DNA of 64,000 nucleotides from Polyangiales bacterium. Lineage in GTDB: Bacteria > Myxococcota_A > Polyangia > Polyangiales > Houyiibacteriaceae. Below the pieces are notes generated by a model. That model saw nothing but the letters and a program-made list of their open reading frames with translations. It ran no database searches and had not been told where the DNA came from. Positions 1 through 9,514 of this stretch are shown piece after piece. Within the stretch, counting starts at the first letter, position 1. Each line of letters opens with the position of its first letter. The position numbers and the translations under genes are program-made. Where the stretch lies: NCBI GenBank assembly GCA_045106895.1, contig JBGCFM010000081.1:9224-73223 (forward strand), read 5' to 3'.

Positions 1-1
1 C

Positions 2-931
2 TTCCCGCAGGAGTCGAACGCACCCGGCACCTGCAACGACGACTGCCGCCGCGAGCCCTCCCCGCTCAATACCGATGACAATGCGCTCATCGAGTTTGCG
101 GCACCGCGGGACCTCATCGGTTACCAGCGCTACGAAGGTTATCTCGCGAACATCTACTCCCCCGAGTGGCCCTTTGGTCGTCTGACCACGACGCTGACGG
201 GCTTTGGCGACGATGCCAATCTCGCCGCGGACCGCTACGCAGAGATGGCCCTCAGCCTTATCGCCCACGGCCGCAAGCCCGAAGGGGCCGCGTTCATTAC
301 GCGTGCCCAGGAGGCAGGAGACTCCCGGACCACGCGCGTCGCCGCCGAGGTGCTCACGCGTTTGATGTCCCAAGAAGGCGAACCCCAGGTCGCCATCGAG
401 ACGCCTGTGCCTGGCCCTCAGATGGCCGCCGAGGAAGCCCGAGCGCTCACCGAAGGCTTCGCCACGGTTCGAGAAGCGGTGGACTCCAACAGCTTCGCCA
501 CGGCGCACTCCGCCATGGAGGACATCCCTGCGCCGGTTCGTCAGCACAGCGGGCCCAGCATGCGCCTTTTGCGCGCCTATCTTCTGTACAAGACCGCCCC
601 GTCGTACCCATCACGTTTCCGCGACGCCATCGACCAGTTCGAGGACCTCATCCGAACCGAGCCTTCCTACTTGGACCGTCACCCGGAGATCTACTACTTC
701 TTGGCGAAAGCTCACGATGCGGAGCTCAATTTCGACAAGGGCGTGCGAAACATGCGCCTCTACGTCGAGACCCGTATCCGCATCGCGGAGCGCGCCCGTG
801 AGGAGGCCGCGGCTCGTGAAGCTCTCCTCGAAGACGGAGCTGCGACGACCGACGGCGAGGACTCCCCAGCGTCAGAAGAGGCAGCGGCGGCTCAAAAGGC
901 ACTTCGCGAGCGTGAAAACGACGTCGAATAA
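2..931 (+). CDS. 5'-truncated CDS; likely C-terminal part of a spermidine-synthase-like (fused) protein with a TPR-like helical tail
   Basis: Frame of ORF 245..931 is open back to the window start (FPQESN...PLNTDDNALIEFAAPRD...). NTDDNxxxEFxAP resembles the C-terminal motif of fused spermidine-synthase-like proteins, followed by TPR-like helices (EIYYFLAKAH). Confidence 0.5.
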   Translation, partial: FPQESNAPGTCNDDCRREPSPLNTDDNALIEFAAPRDLIGYQRYEGYLANIYSPEWPFGRLTTTLTGFGDDANLAADRYAEMALSLIAHGRKPEGAAFITRAQEAGDSRTTRVAAEVLTRLMSQEGEPQVAIETPVPGPQMAAEEARALTEGFATVREAVDSNSFATAHSAMEDIPAPVRQHSGPSMRLLRAYLLYKTAPSYPSRFRDAIDQFEDLIRTEPSYLDRHPEIYYFLAKAHDAELNFDKGVRNMRLYVETRIRIAERAREEAAAREALLEDGAATTDGEDSPASEEAAAAQKALRERENDVE

Positions 932-1093
932 CCCAACGAAGGTGCGAACCCTGTGGGGCACTAAACCTCACGCGGTGCGAAACGATCTTCGCGCTTTTCG
1001 AGCTTGACCATCTCCGGCCACTCGCCCGGTTATTCGCCTAAGCCCCCGAGTCTAAAAACAAAATCCTGAAACAGGCCACCTGGCCGGCGAGAA

Positions 1094-1109
1094 TGGCACA
1101 ACCTGTGCG
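1094..1109 (+). promoter_or_regulatory. sigma54 (-24/-12) promoter
   Basis: TGGCACAACCTGTGCG: GG(1095-96)-N10-GC(1107-08), close to the TGGCAC-N5-TTGC consensus; A-rich tract upstream at ~1053-1070. Confidence 0.7.
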
Positions 1110-1236
1110 TAGTCATGTAGTCGTTGAACGAAATGCCTGGTTGCAGGATTGTCGACCTTTCCAAATGACCCAGTCAGTATCGCCTAAGAGCGATTCCAGT
1201 TCCGAAGAGAACCCACCGAGCCCCAAGGACTCCCCC

Positions 1237-1431
1237 ATGCAGACATCCACACACGAATCTTCGCGCCCTTCCCAGTCGCCTGCTGGAGATGGCCGTGCTC
1301 TTCGGATTCTCGCGAAGTCGGTCTACCGAGAGCTCCGCTCCAGTGGGCATAGCCGTTCGGACATTGTTGGTTTCACCAACGCGCTGCTCGAACTCGTCAC
1401 GTCGGACATCAAGGACGAATCGAAGAGCTAG
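1237..1431 (+). CDS. small (64 aa) hypothetical protein, amphipathic helical core RILAKSVYRELR...FTNALLELVT
   Basis: AAGGA RBS at 1225-1229 before ATG 1237; lies downstream of the sigma54 promoter. Confidence 0.7.
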   Translation: MQTSTHESSRPSQSPAGDGRALRILAKSVYRELRSSGHSRSDIVGFTNALLELVTSDIKDESKS

Positions 1432-1531
1432 AGCGCTTCCATCGCCGGCGTTGACGCGATGACTTCCGTCCCCTTCGGCGTCCTCCCAAGCCGCGTTCCT
1501 CACGGAGCGCGGTTTTGGTGTTTAAGCCGCC

Positions 1532-1561
1532 TTGACCCCCGTGCTAACGCGGCGTTAGCTT
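1532..1561 (+). promoter_or_regulatory. sigma70-type promoter of gap operon with overlapping palindrome
   Basis: TTGACC(1532-37)-N18-TAGCTT(1556-61); perfect inverted repeat GCTAACGC-G-GCGTTAGC at 1543-1559. Confidence 0.55.
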
Positions 1562-1609
1562 CCCGCGAGCGGCCCATGATCAAGGGCTGAGAAAGCAAAG
1601 GATAGCGGG

Positions 1610-2626
1610 ATGGCAACGAAGATCGGCATCAATGGTTTCGGACGAATCGGTCGCTGTGTCGCGAGAGCGATTCTTGGCGGAAGCGCGAAGAACGCAGGGG
1701 ACTTCGAGATCGTTGGGATCAACGACCTGACGGACGACGCCACCCTCGCCCACCTCCTTCAGTTCGACTCCGTTCACCGCACCTTCAACAAGGAAGTCAG
1801 CGTCGAGGAGGGAGCGATCGTCGTCGGTGGCACACGCATCAAGACGAGCGCAGAGCGCGACCCGAAGAAGCTCAACTGGAAAGAACTCGGCGCAGAAATC
1901 GTCCTCGAATGCACCGGCGCGTTCCGCACGCGCGAAGCCGCGGCCCAGCACCTTGAAGCAGGCGCGAAGAAAGTCATCATCAGCGCCCCCGCACGCGGAG
2001 ACATCGATGCGACGTTCTGCGTAGGCATTAACAGCGACGGGTACGACGGCGCCAAGCACCACGTCGTTTCGAACGCGTCCTGCACGACGAACTGCCTCTC
2101 GCCTGTCGCCAAGGTGCTCAACGACACCTTCGGTATCGTCAAAGGCCACATGCTCACGGTGCACTCGTACACGAACGACCAGCGCATCCTCGACCTTCCC
2201 CACAAGGACATGCGCCGTGCGCGCGCTGCTGCCCTTTCGATGATCCCAACGACCACCGGCGCCGCAACGGCCATCGGCCTCGTCATTCCGGAGCTCATCG
2301 GCAAGCTCGCCGGCGGCGCCCTTCGCGTTCCAACGCCCAACGTCTCGATGGTTTGCCTCACGGCCCACGTCGGAAAGCAGACCACTGCTGAAGAAGTAAA
2401 CGCTGCCCTCGCTGCCGCCGCGGAAGGTCCCATGAAGGGGATTCTCGGGTTCGAGACGCGTCCACTCGTCTCCACCGACTACATCGGCAACCCACACTCC
2501 TCGATCGTCGACGCCGCACAGACCATGGTTGTCGGCGGAGACCTCATCGAGGTTCAGGCTTGGTACGACAACGAGTGGGGCTTCTCCCAGCGCATGATCG
2601 ACCTTGCTGGCATCCTCGCCAACTGA
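1610..2626 (+). CDS. gap: type I glyceraldehyde-3-phosphate dehydrogenase
   Basis: GINGFGRIGR, SNASCTTNCL catalytic motif, WYDNEWG. Confidence 0.99.
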   Translation: MATKIGINGFGRIGRCVARAILGGSAKNAGDFEIVGINDLTDDATLAHLLQFDSVHRTFNKEVSVEEGAIVVGGTRIKTSAERDPKKLNWKELGAEIVLECTGAFRTREAAAQHLEAGAKKVIISAPARGDIDATFCVGINSDGYDGAKHHVVSNASCTTNCLSPVAKVLNDTFGIVKGHMLTVHSYTNDQRILDLPHKDMRRARAAALSMIPTTTGAATAIGLVIPELIGKLAGGALRVPTPNVSMVCLTAHVGKQTTAEEVNAALAAAAEGPMKGILGFETRPLVSTDYIGNPHSSIVDAAQTMVVGGDLIEVQAWYDNEWGFSQRMIDLAGILAN

Positions 2627-2641
2627 GCGAGAGGAGACTTC

Positions 2642-3811
2642 ATGAAGACCCTCGCGGATCTTGAGCTCAAAGGGCGACGTGTCTTTTGCCGGGTGGACTT
2701 TAACGTTCCACTCGACGGGAAGACGATCACGGACGACACACGAATCCGAGCGGCGTTGCCGACGATTCGTCACATCCTCGCGGAAGGCGGCCGTGTCATC
2801 CTCGCGAGCCACCTTGGTCGTCCCAAGGGCGAGGTCGTCCCGGAGCTCAGCCTTGAGCCCGTGGCGCAACGCCTCGCGGAGCTCCTCGAAGGCGGCGAGG
2901 TCTTCCTGACGGACGAGTGCATCGGTGATGGCGCTCGCAAGGTCGCAGGCGACCTTCGGGACGGTCAGGTTGCTCTCCTTGAGAACCTCCGTTTTCATCC
3001 AGGCGAGAAAACCGATGACGAGGCCTTCGCGCGCGAGCTGCTGCGAGTCTGCGACACCTACGTGAACGACGCATTCGGCGCCGCTCATCGCTCTCACGCG
3101 TCGGTTCACACCCTTCCAAAGCTCGCGCCTGAAGCCGCCGCCGGGCTGCTCATGGAGAAAGAGCTCAAGGCGCTGTCTCGTTTGAAGGACGACGCCCCAA
3201 AGCCTTACGTGGCAGTTCTCGGCGGAGCCAAGGTCAGCGACAAGATCCAGGTCCTTGAGGAACTGCTAACAAAAGTCGACGCCCTCCTCATCGGCGGCGC
3301 GATGGCGAACACCTTCTTGGCCGCCCAAGGTCACGAGCTCGGCAACAGTCTCGTCGAACCCGACAAGATGGCGCTGGCCCGTAGTCTCATCTCGAAAGCG
3401 GAGGCGCGCGGTGTCGCGCTTCTGCTCCCCGTCGATCTTCGCTCCGGCGACGGGCTCAAGGCGACGGAAGCACAGGTCGTGGGACACGGCGAAGTCGTCG
3501 AAGGCATGGCACTCGACATTGGCCCAGAAACGGAAGTCCTCTACGGGGACCGAATTCGCCGCGCTGGAAGTGTGTTCTGGAACGGTCCGATGGGTCTCTT
3601 CGAAAACCCGGCCTTCGCGAGCGGCACCAACGCCATCGCGGACGCGCTTGCGAAGTGCCCCGGCTTCACGGTCGTTGGCGGCGGTGACAGCGTGGCTGCG
3701 ATTCAGCAGTCGGGACGTGGCGATGAATACAGCCACGTTTCGACGGGCGGCGGCGCCTCCCTTGAGTACCTTGAGGGCAAGCGCCTCCCGGGCGTCGAAG
3801 CGCTCTCCTGA
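2642..3811 (+). CDS. pgk: phosphoglycerate kinase
   Basis: [37 protein letters not shown]. Confidence 0.99.
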   Translation: MKTLADLELKGRRVFCRVDFNVPLDGKTITDDTRIRAALPTIRHILAEGGRVILASHLGRPKGEVVPELSLEPVAQRLAELLEGGEVFLTDECIGDGARKVAGDLRDGQVALLENLRFHPGEKTDDEAFARELLRVCDTYVNDAFGAAHRSHASVHTLPKLAPEAAAGLLMEKELKALSRLKDDAPKPYVAVLGGAKVSDKIQVLEELLTKVDALLIGGAMANTFLAAQGHELGNSLVEPDKMALARSLISKAEARGVALLLPVDLRSGDGLKATEAQVVGHGEVVEGMALDIGPETEVLYGDRIRRAGSVFWNGPMGLFENPAFASGTNAIADALAKCPGFTVVGGGDSVAAIQQSGRGDEYSHVSTGGGASLEYLEGKRLPGVEALS

Positions 3812-3837
3812 CCACGTAACCAAACGGAAGTGAACGC

Positions 3838-4572
3838 ATGACCCGCCGACCCCTAATCGCAGGCAATTGGAAGCTGAACAACACCATCTCCGAATCCACG
3901 GATTTGGCGGCGGAGATTGCGACAGGCGCGCAGGCCTTTCCCGGAGTGGACGTTCTCGTGGCCCCGGTCGCGACAAGTCTGCACGCCGTCGCGAGCGCGC
4001 TGTCGGCGTCGAAGGTCTTCCTCGCGGCCCAGCACACCCACGAGGCCTCGAGCGGCGCGTTTACCGGCGAGTTGAGCCCACCCCTCATCAAGGACGTGGG
4101 CTGCTCTCACTGCATCGTGGGGCATTCTGAGAGGCGACAGCTATTCGGAGAGACCAGCGAGGCCGTGGGGGCGAAAGTTGTCGCGCTTTTGGCAGCCGGG
4201 GTCACACCGATCGTGTGTGTGGGCGAAACCCTCGAAGAACGAGAAGCCGACAAAACCCTCGAAATCGTCCTTGAGCAGCTCCGTTTGGGCCTTGGGGACG
4301 TGGACGCAACCCAGGTAGTTGTCGCTTATGAGCCGGTTTGGGCCATCGGCACGGGTCGGACCGCTGCCCCGGCAGATGCCCAGGCAGTTCACGCTGCGAT
4401 TCGAGCCAAACTCGGCCAGGTGGCGCAGGGCACCCGAATCCTCTATGGAGGGTCCGTCAAACCGGGGAACGCTGCAGAACTCATGGCACAGCCCGACATC
4501 GATGGAGCTCTCGTTGGAGGGGCTTCCCTCAAAGCAGAATCGTTCTTAAGCATCATTGAAGCTGCCTCGTAG
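3838..4572 (+). CDS. tpiA: triosephosphate isomerase
   Basis: AGNWK, GHSERR, AYEPVWAIGTG, YGGSV, LVGGASL. Confidence 0.99.
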   Translation: MTRRPLIAGNWKLNNTISESTDLAAEIATGAQAFPGVDVLVAPVATSLHAVASALSASKVFLAAQHTHEASSGAFTGELSPPLIKDVGCSHCIVGHSERRQLFGETSEAVGAKVVALLAAGVTPIVCVGETLEEREADKTLEIVLEQLRLGLGDVDATQVVVAYEPVWAIGTGRTAAPADAQAVHAAIRAKLGQVAQGTRILYGGSVKPGNAAELMAQPDIDGALVGGASLKAESFLSIIEAAS

Positions 4573-4671
4573 CTAGAAAACCTCGCACCCCACTCAAAGT
4601 TTTAGAGGGTGAGCCGCCCGGAGCGGCGAGGGAACTTCCGAAGAGTTCTCTCAAACAAAGAAAAGACCGCA

Positions 4672-5448
4672 ATGTTCACGTTCCTTAGCATTACCTACGT
4701 TCTCGTTTGTCTCTTCCTCATCCTCGTGGTGCTGCTGCAGTCCGGAAAGGGCGGCGGCATGGGCGCCATCGGCGGCGGCGGCGGCGGCGGTGGCGGAGCC
4801 CAGAAGGTTTTTGGCGGCGCTGGCGCCGGCAACATCCTCACGAAGACGACGGCCGTGTGCGCAACGCTCTTCATGGTCCTCTCCGCAACCCTGGCCTACC
4901 TGAGCTCCCCCGGCGACGCAGCCCTCGACAACACCGCCGAGCGCTTCAACGACGGCATCAGCGCACCCGCGGGTGAGGGCGATGACGGCGACGAAGAGTC
5001 CGACGCGGAAGAGTCCGACGCGGACGAGTCTGAAGAAGCCGACGAGACCTCCGAGACGACGGACGAGACGGACGTCGACGAAGAAGCAGCCGAAGAAGCT
5101 GCCCAGGACGAGCTGGGCGAGGTCCTCGACGAGCTCGAAGAAGCCGTGACGGGCACGGAAGAAGCAGCCGAAGAAGCCGTCGAGGCCGCCGCGGAGGTAA
5201 CGCCAGAGGTGGACGCTGCTGCAGAAGCTGCTGCTGCGGAAGCCCGCCGCGTTGCCCGTGAGGCACGCACCGCGGCGCGCGAGGCAGCAGCCGCGACAGC
5301 CATGACGGCTGCGATGGTCGCTGGCGAGGCTGTTGAGGCGGTTACGCCTATGGCCGCCGTTCCCGCAGCGCCCACCCCCATGGCTGCGGTTGAAGCGCCA
5401 ACGCCCGCGCCTGCCCCGGAAGCTGCAGCCCCAGAGGCTGCCGAGTAG
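4672..5448 (+). CDS. secG: preprotein translocase subunit SecG with long acidic/Ala-Pro tail
   Basis: Two TM segments around LILVVLLQSGKGGG...FGGAGAGNILTKTT; usual position after tpiA. Confidence 0.9.
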   Translation: MFTFLSITYVLVCLFLILVVLLQSGKGGGMGAIGGGGGGGGGAQKVFGGAGAGNILTKTTAVCATLFMVLSATLAYLSSPGDAALDNTAERFNDGISAPAGEGDDGDEESDAEESDADESEEADETSETTDETDVDEEAAEEAAQDELGEVLDELEEAVTGTEEAAEEAVEAAAEVTPEVDAAAEAAAAEARRVAREARTAAREAAAATAMTAAMVAGEAVEAVTPMAAVPAAPTPMAAVEAPTPAPAPEAAAPEAAE

Positions 5449-5465
5449 CCAACCAAGGCTCACGC

Positions 5466-5502
5466 AAGAGGCTCGCTACCGAGATGGTAGCGAGCCTTTT
5501 TT
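5466..5502 (+). terminator. rho-independent terminator of gap-pgk-tpiA-secG
   Basis: AGGCTCGCTACC-gagat-GGTAGCGAGCCT followed by a T run. Confidence 0.85.
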
Positions 5503-5544
5503 GTATTTGTAGTCGAAACCACCGCTGCGAAGCAGCCGCCAAGA

Positions 5545-8500
5545 CTAGTGGGGCAGCTTGAGCGGAGCCCCGGCCTCGATGGCAAGGAGCGCGTCTTCGG
5601 CGGCCTTTTCATAGTGGCGTTGCCCGTACTCGTTCGCGAGCTGACAGACCTCTTGGAAGGCGCGACGTGCCTCATCGACCTTCCCTTGCACGTGGTCGAC
5701 GAACGCGAGCATGTAGCGGCCCTGGATGATGTCCCAGATGAAGCCATTCTCTTCCGCGTAGGTGAGCGCCTCGGCGACGCGTTCACGTCCCTGAGGGCTC
5801 CCTAGCTTCGTCGCGTCGATGAAGCCCAGGACACGCATGTTGTTGTACTGAACCTTCACGTAGCCATGTTCTCGGGCGAGGTCGTAGCTAAAACGAAGCA
5901 TCGCGAAGGCGCGTTTGAAGTCACCTAGGCGCATGTAGACTTCGCCTACGTTGTGCGCGTTGACGGCGGCTTCGTAGGTAAAGCCATATTCCTTCGCGAG
6001 CTCGATACCGCGCTGCCCCGACTCGAGGGCCCTGTCGAGTTCACCCGTGAAGTAACAGACGAGCGCCTCGGTCTTCACGAGCTCACACTCAAGAAAACGG
6101 TCGGTTCGCCCCATCGCTAGTTTTCGTGCGCCTTCAAGGGCGGAGAAGGCTTGGTCGCGGTCGCCGGATCCAGCAAATGCCAGCGCCAGGGGAAGGCGGG
6201 CTCGCATTTGAGCCGCCGTGTCTGCCGCGTCGACGGCGAGACCCAGAGCCTCCTCCAGCAAACCGACGGCGCTCTGGTAGTTCCCGTTTCGGGCCTCCGT
6301 CTCCGCTTCGGCGCGAGCAATCGCCCCAAGAAGGCCGCCCTTTCCAACCCGTCGCGCGACGTTTCGGGCGCGCTCAAACCACGGCCGGGCTTCGGCGAAA
6401 CGGTTGCTCTGGGCCAAGAAGAGCCCGCGCATCATCGAGAAGCGCGCCACGTATTCGTCTCGCGCGATGCTTTCGGCGAGCTCCAGGGCTGCGTCCATAC
6501 GCGTGACCCCTTCGCTCAGGTTTCGACTCCGGAAACACAGCTCGCCCACTCGCTGATAGAGAGCCAGGGCCCTCTCCCGGTCTGGGTTCGTGGATGCCGT
6601 GATCATGTCGATGACCTTCAGCAGGTTCGTCACGGACCCGTTCAGCGCATGCTCTGACTCCATGCGGTCGGCGGAGCGAACGAGGTAGTCGATGGCGCGG
6701 GAGCGGTTGCCGGCTTTTCGGTGGTGTCCAGCCAGGCGCTCCGCGAGTTCATCAAGGTGCTTCGGGTAGACAGACTCAAACGCCCCAGCGACGGCGCCAT
6801 GGAGTTCTTTCTTTACCTCCAGCGGGAGCGCCTCAAGGATTACTTGCGCGATGAGCTGATGAGCGAAGGAGTACTCGTCGCCGGTGGACTGAACCAACAC
6901 GCCACGGTCCACGAGGTCGAGGAGCTGCTCACCGATGCTCTCTCGCGAGCGCCCGGCGACGCGGGAGATCATAATATCGTGAAAGCGGCTGCCGATGACG
7001 GCGGCGATGCGGAGAAGGTGCCGCTGATCGTCGCTGAGGCGCTCAAGGCGAGCGGAGACAATACCGCGCAGCGATCGGGGGACCTTGACCGCTGTGCCAG
7101 CCTCGTAGCTCACCTTGTCGCCGGTCTTGATCGCGCCGGCGTCTTCCAGAGCGAGGAGGTATTCCTCAACGTAGAGCGGGTTTCCGGCGCTCTTGATGCC
7201 GACTTCGCGGAGGAGCTCGCCTGGAACCTCATCCGCGCCGAGACGTGCCGCCACAATGCGTGCGACATCGTCGTCGGTCAGCGGCGCGAGGCGGATTTCG
7301 AGGTGCTGTGGGAATTCATCCCAATCGAATGGTGCGTCAGGACGATGGGCGACGACGATCACGATACGACCCGTTCCGGCCTTCCGCAGGATGCGCTGGA
7401 GGAGCGCGAGGCTCTCAGGGTCGACCTTGTCGAACTCGTCGAAGGCGAACACCGTCAGGCGGTCTTCGGCGAGCTTGAGGGCGATACGTGCAACGGCGGA
7501 GACCAAATTTCGGTCGCTCTTCGCGTCGGCGACGCCAAGGACGCTCCCAACGGCAGCGATCTCATCTTCGCTGAGGCCAAGCTCTCGGAGACGGGCGACC
7601 TTATCCCGGACTTCTTCTTCTTGGGCGAGGACCGCCAGACCGAGAATATCGCGGATAGTGGCCTGCACAGCGGAGTATGGTCCGCGGCCCGTCGCCGTGG
7701 AAATGGTCATCCCCACGTCATGTCCGCCGACGCGAATCCTGCGCACGGTCTCACGAATCAGACGGGTCTTGCCGCTGCCCGCCTCGCCAACGACGCTCAC
7801 GAGACACTGGGTCCCCTTGTTTGCAACGGCCAGCACCTCACCTATCCGGCGAAGCTCGTCTCGCCGACCGACAAAGGGCCCGCTCGTGTTCTGAACGTCG
7901 CGCTCCGCCCGCAACTCGAAGGACTCTTCGCCCCACGGCGCCAGCTCGAAGTAGCGGCGCATCGCGCGTTCGGCGCTGGTGGACACAAGAACCTGAGACT
8001 CGTCCGCCGACTGCGCCAGCGAAGCCGCTGCACGAAAAAGCTCCGCGCTGGTGTCGTCCCGGCGAAGCGTTGAATCATTGACGACGACGCGGCCCGCGAC
8101 GATGCCGACGGCGTACCCCTCAGACTGCAGCGAGAGTCCGACGCGAGCCGCCGCATCGGCGTCTCGTCCATCGGGCTGTACAACGCCGAAGACCCCAAAG
8201 ATGGCGTTGTCGCCCTCTTCGACCTGGCCACCGGCATTCTCGAGTCGTGAGCGCGCCTTACCGTCGCCTGCGCCCCGAGGGACGGCGAGCACCGTAAGGT
8301 CACGCCGCTCTGCACGCGGCATCGCGCGGCGGCCTGAGCCGGTGGTGACACGTGGCCCGTCGGGGCGGGCGCTCGGCACCTCCGCGGGCGTTAGCTGGTG
8401 CTTTTCGACGCCTGCAGAGGTGTCGATGTCGAAGGCCGCGCGAAGGCCATCGTCCGGCCTCGAACGTCGACCATCCGATGCTACGCGAAGAGCCTCCACG

Positions 8501-9405
8501 TACGCAGACACGTCGTGCGCGCCGACGCGTTGTCGGCTTGAGTAGAGGTACTGAATGAGGTCTTCGTAGAAAAGCCCAGCGTTCTGATGACGGTCGTCGG
8601 GGTCCGGACTCATCGCTTTTTCGACGATGGCGATGAGCTCGTCCGGGAGCTGCGGCGCGACCTCACGAATCGGCGACGGGAAGCCTTCACGCACCCTCTG
8701 AAGGGTCTCGTAAGTCGACGCTGTGAGGAAGGGGTTCACGCCTGTGAGGGCTTCGTAGAGCACGGTGCCGAGGGCGAAGATGTCCGTACGGTTGTCGACG
8801 TCGATGCCACGTGCCTGCTCCGGAGACATGTACGCGTATTTGCCTTTGAGGACCCCTGCTTCGGTCTCATCTGCGACGGTGGTTCGCGCCTTCGCGATGC
8901 CGAAGTCAGTGAGCTTCACTTCGCCTTCGTAGCTGACGAGGATGTTCTGGGGAGAAACGTCGCGGTGAACGATGAAGAGGGGACGCATGTTCGCGTCACG
9001 TCGACGGTGGGCGTAGTCGAGCCCCTTTGCGATCTCACTCACCACAAAAACGGCGAGCTGAGCCGGGATTGGCTTCCCGTACTTCTTGGAACGACGAAGG
9101 ATGGTCGCGAGATCGGAGCCGGCCACGTACTCCATCGCGATGAAATACGTCTCATCGGCGCGTCCCAGGTCAAACACCTGGACGATGTTTGCGTGGGAGA
9201 GCGTGACAGCGATTTTCGCCTCGTTGATGAACATATCAACGAAGTCCGGGTTCCGCCCCAGCTCTTCGAGAATACGCTTGATAACGAGGATCTTCTCGAA
9301 ACCCTCTACGCCGTGGGCCTTCGCCTTGTACACCTCGGCCATGCCACCCCGAGCGAGAAGCTCAAGTAGCTGGTACTTGCCATAAACAACCGGCGCTTGT
9401 TCCAC
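5545..9405 (-). CDS. Hanks-type Ser/Thr kinase fused to degenerate class III cyclase-like, AAA/STAND-type ATPase and TPR domains
   Basis: GGMAEVY, HRDVSPQN, DFG, YMSPE; FVGRxxEL, Walker A GEAGSGKT, Walker B-like FAFDE, GNPLY; C-terminal TPR-like helices. Confidence 0.9.
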   Translation of the reverse strand: MEQAPVVYGKYQLLELLARGGMAEVYKAKAHGVEGFEKILVIKRILEELGRNPDFVDMFINEAKIAVTLSHANIVQVFDLGRADETYFIAMEYVAGSDLATILRRSKKYGKPIPAQLAVFVVSEIAKGLDYAHRRRDANMRPLFIVHRDVSPQNILVSYEGEVKLTDFGIAKARTTVADETEAGVLKGKYAYMSPEQARGIDVDNRTDIFALGTVLYEALTGVNPFLTASTYETLQRVREGFPSPIREVAPQLPDELIAIVEKAMSPDPDDRHQNAGLFYEDLIQYLYSSRQRVGAHDVSAYVEALRVASDGRRSRPDDGLRAAFDIDTSAGVEKHQLTPAEVPSARPDGPRVTTGSGRRAMPRAERRDLTVLAVPRGAGDGKARSRLENAGGQVEEGDNAIFGVFGVVQPDGRDADAAARVGLSLQSEGYAVGIVAGRVVVNDSTLRRDDTSAELFRAAASLAQSADESQVLVSTSAERAMRRYFELAPWGEESFELRAERDVQNTSGPFVGRRDELRRIGEVLAVANKGTQCLVSVVGEAGSGKTRLIRETVRRIRVGGHDVGMTISTATGRGPYSAVQATIRDILGLAVLAQEEEVRDKVARLRELGLSEDEIAAVGSVLGVADAKSDRNLVSAVARIALKLAEDRLTVFAFDEFDKVDPESLALLQRILRKAGTGRIVIVVAHRPDAPFDWDEFPQHLEIRLAPLTDDDVARIVAARLGADEVPGELLREVGIKSAGNPLYVEEYLLALEDAGAIKTGDKVSYEAGTAVKVPRSLRGIVSARLERLSDDQRHLLRIAAVIGSRFHDIMISRVAGRSRESIGEQLLDLVDRGVLVQSTGDEYSFAHQLIAQVILEALPLEVKKELHGAVAGAFESVYPKHLDELAERLAGHHRKAGNRSRAIDYLVRSADRMESEHALNGSVTNLLKVIDMITASTNPDRERALALYQRVGELCFRSRNLSEGVTRMDAALELAESIARDEYVARFSMMRGLFLAQSNRFAEARPWFERARNVARRVGKGGLLGAIARAEAETEARNGNYQSAVGLLEEALGLAVDAADTAAQMRARLPLALAFAGSGDRDQAFSALEGARKLAMGRTDRFLECELVKTEALVCYFTGELDRALESGQRGIELAKEYGFTYEAAVNAHNVGEVYMRLGDFKRAFAMLRFSYDLAREHGYVKVQYNNMRVLGFIDATKLGSPQGRERVAEALTYAEENGFIWDIIQGRYMLAFVDHVQGKVDEARRAFQEVCQLANEYGQRHYEKAAEDALLAIEAGAPLKLPH

Positions 9406-9514
9406 GAGTATTTTGGGTCCCCAGGGGCCATTCTAGAGCCGCCCCAGTCCGCAACGCGGACCTTGAATTCCTATCACGCTTCGGGCCACCCCTCCACGTT
9501 TCAGCACGTTTCGG

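Noticed and set aside
1580..3109. 509-aa antisense ORF over gap/pgk
   Set aside because: Shadow ORF from high-GC codon bias opposite clear housekeeping genes.
5449..5544. tRNA-Leu often found after secG
   Set aside because: Only a terminator hairpin; no cloverleaf or TTC T-loop.
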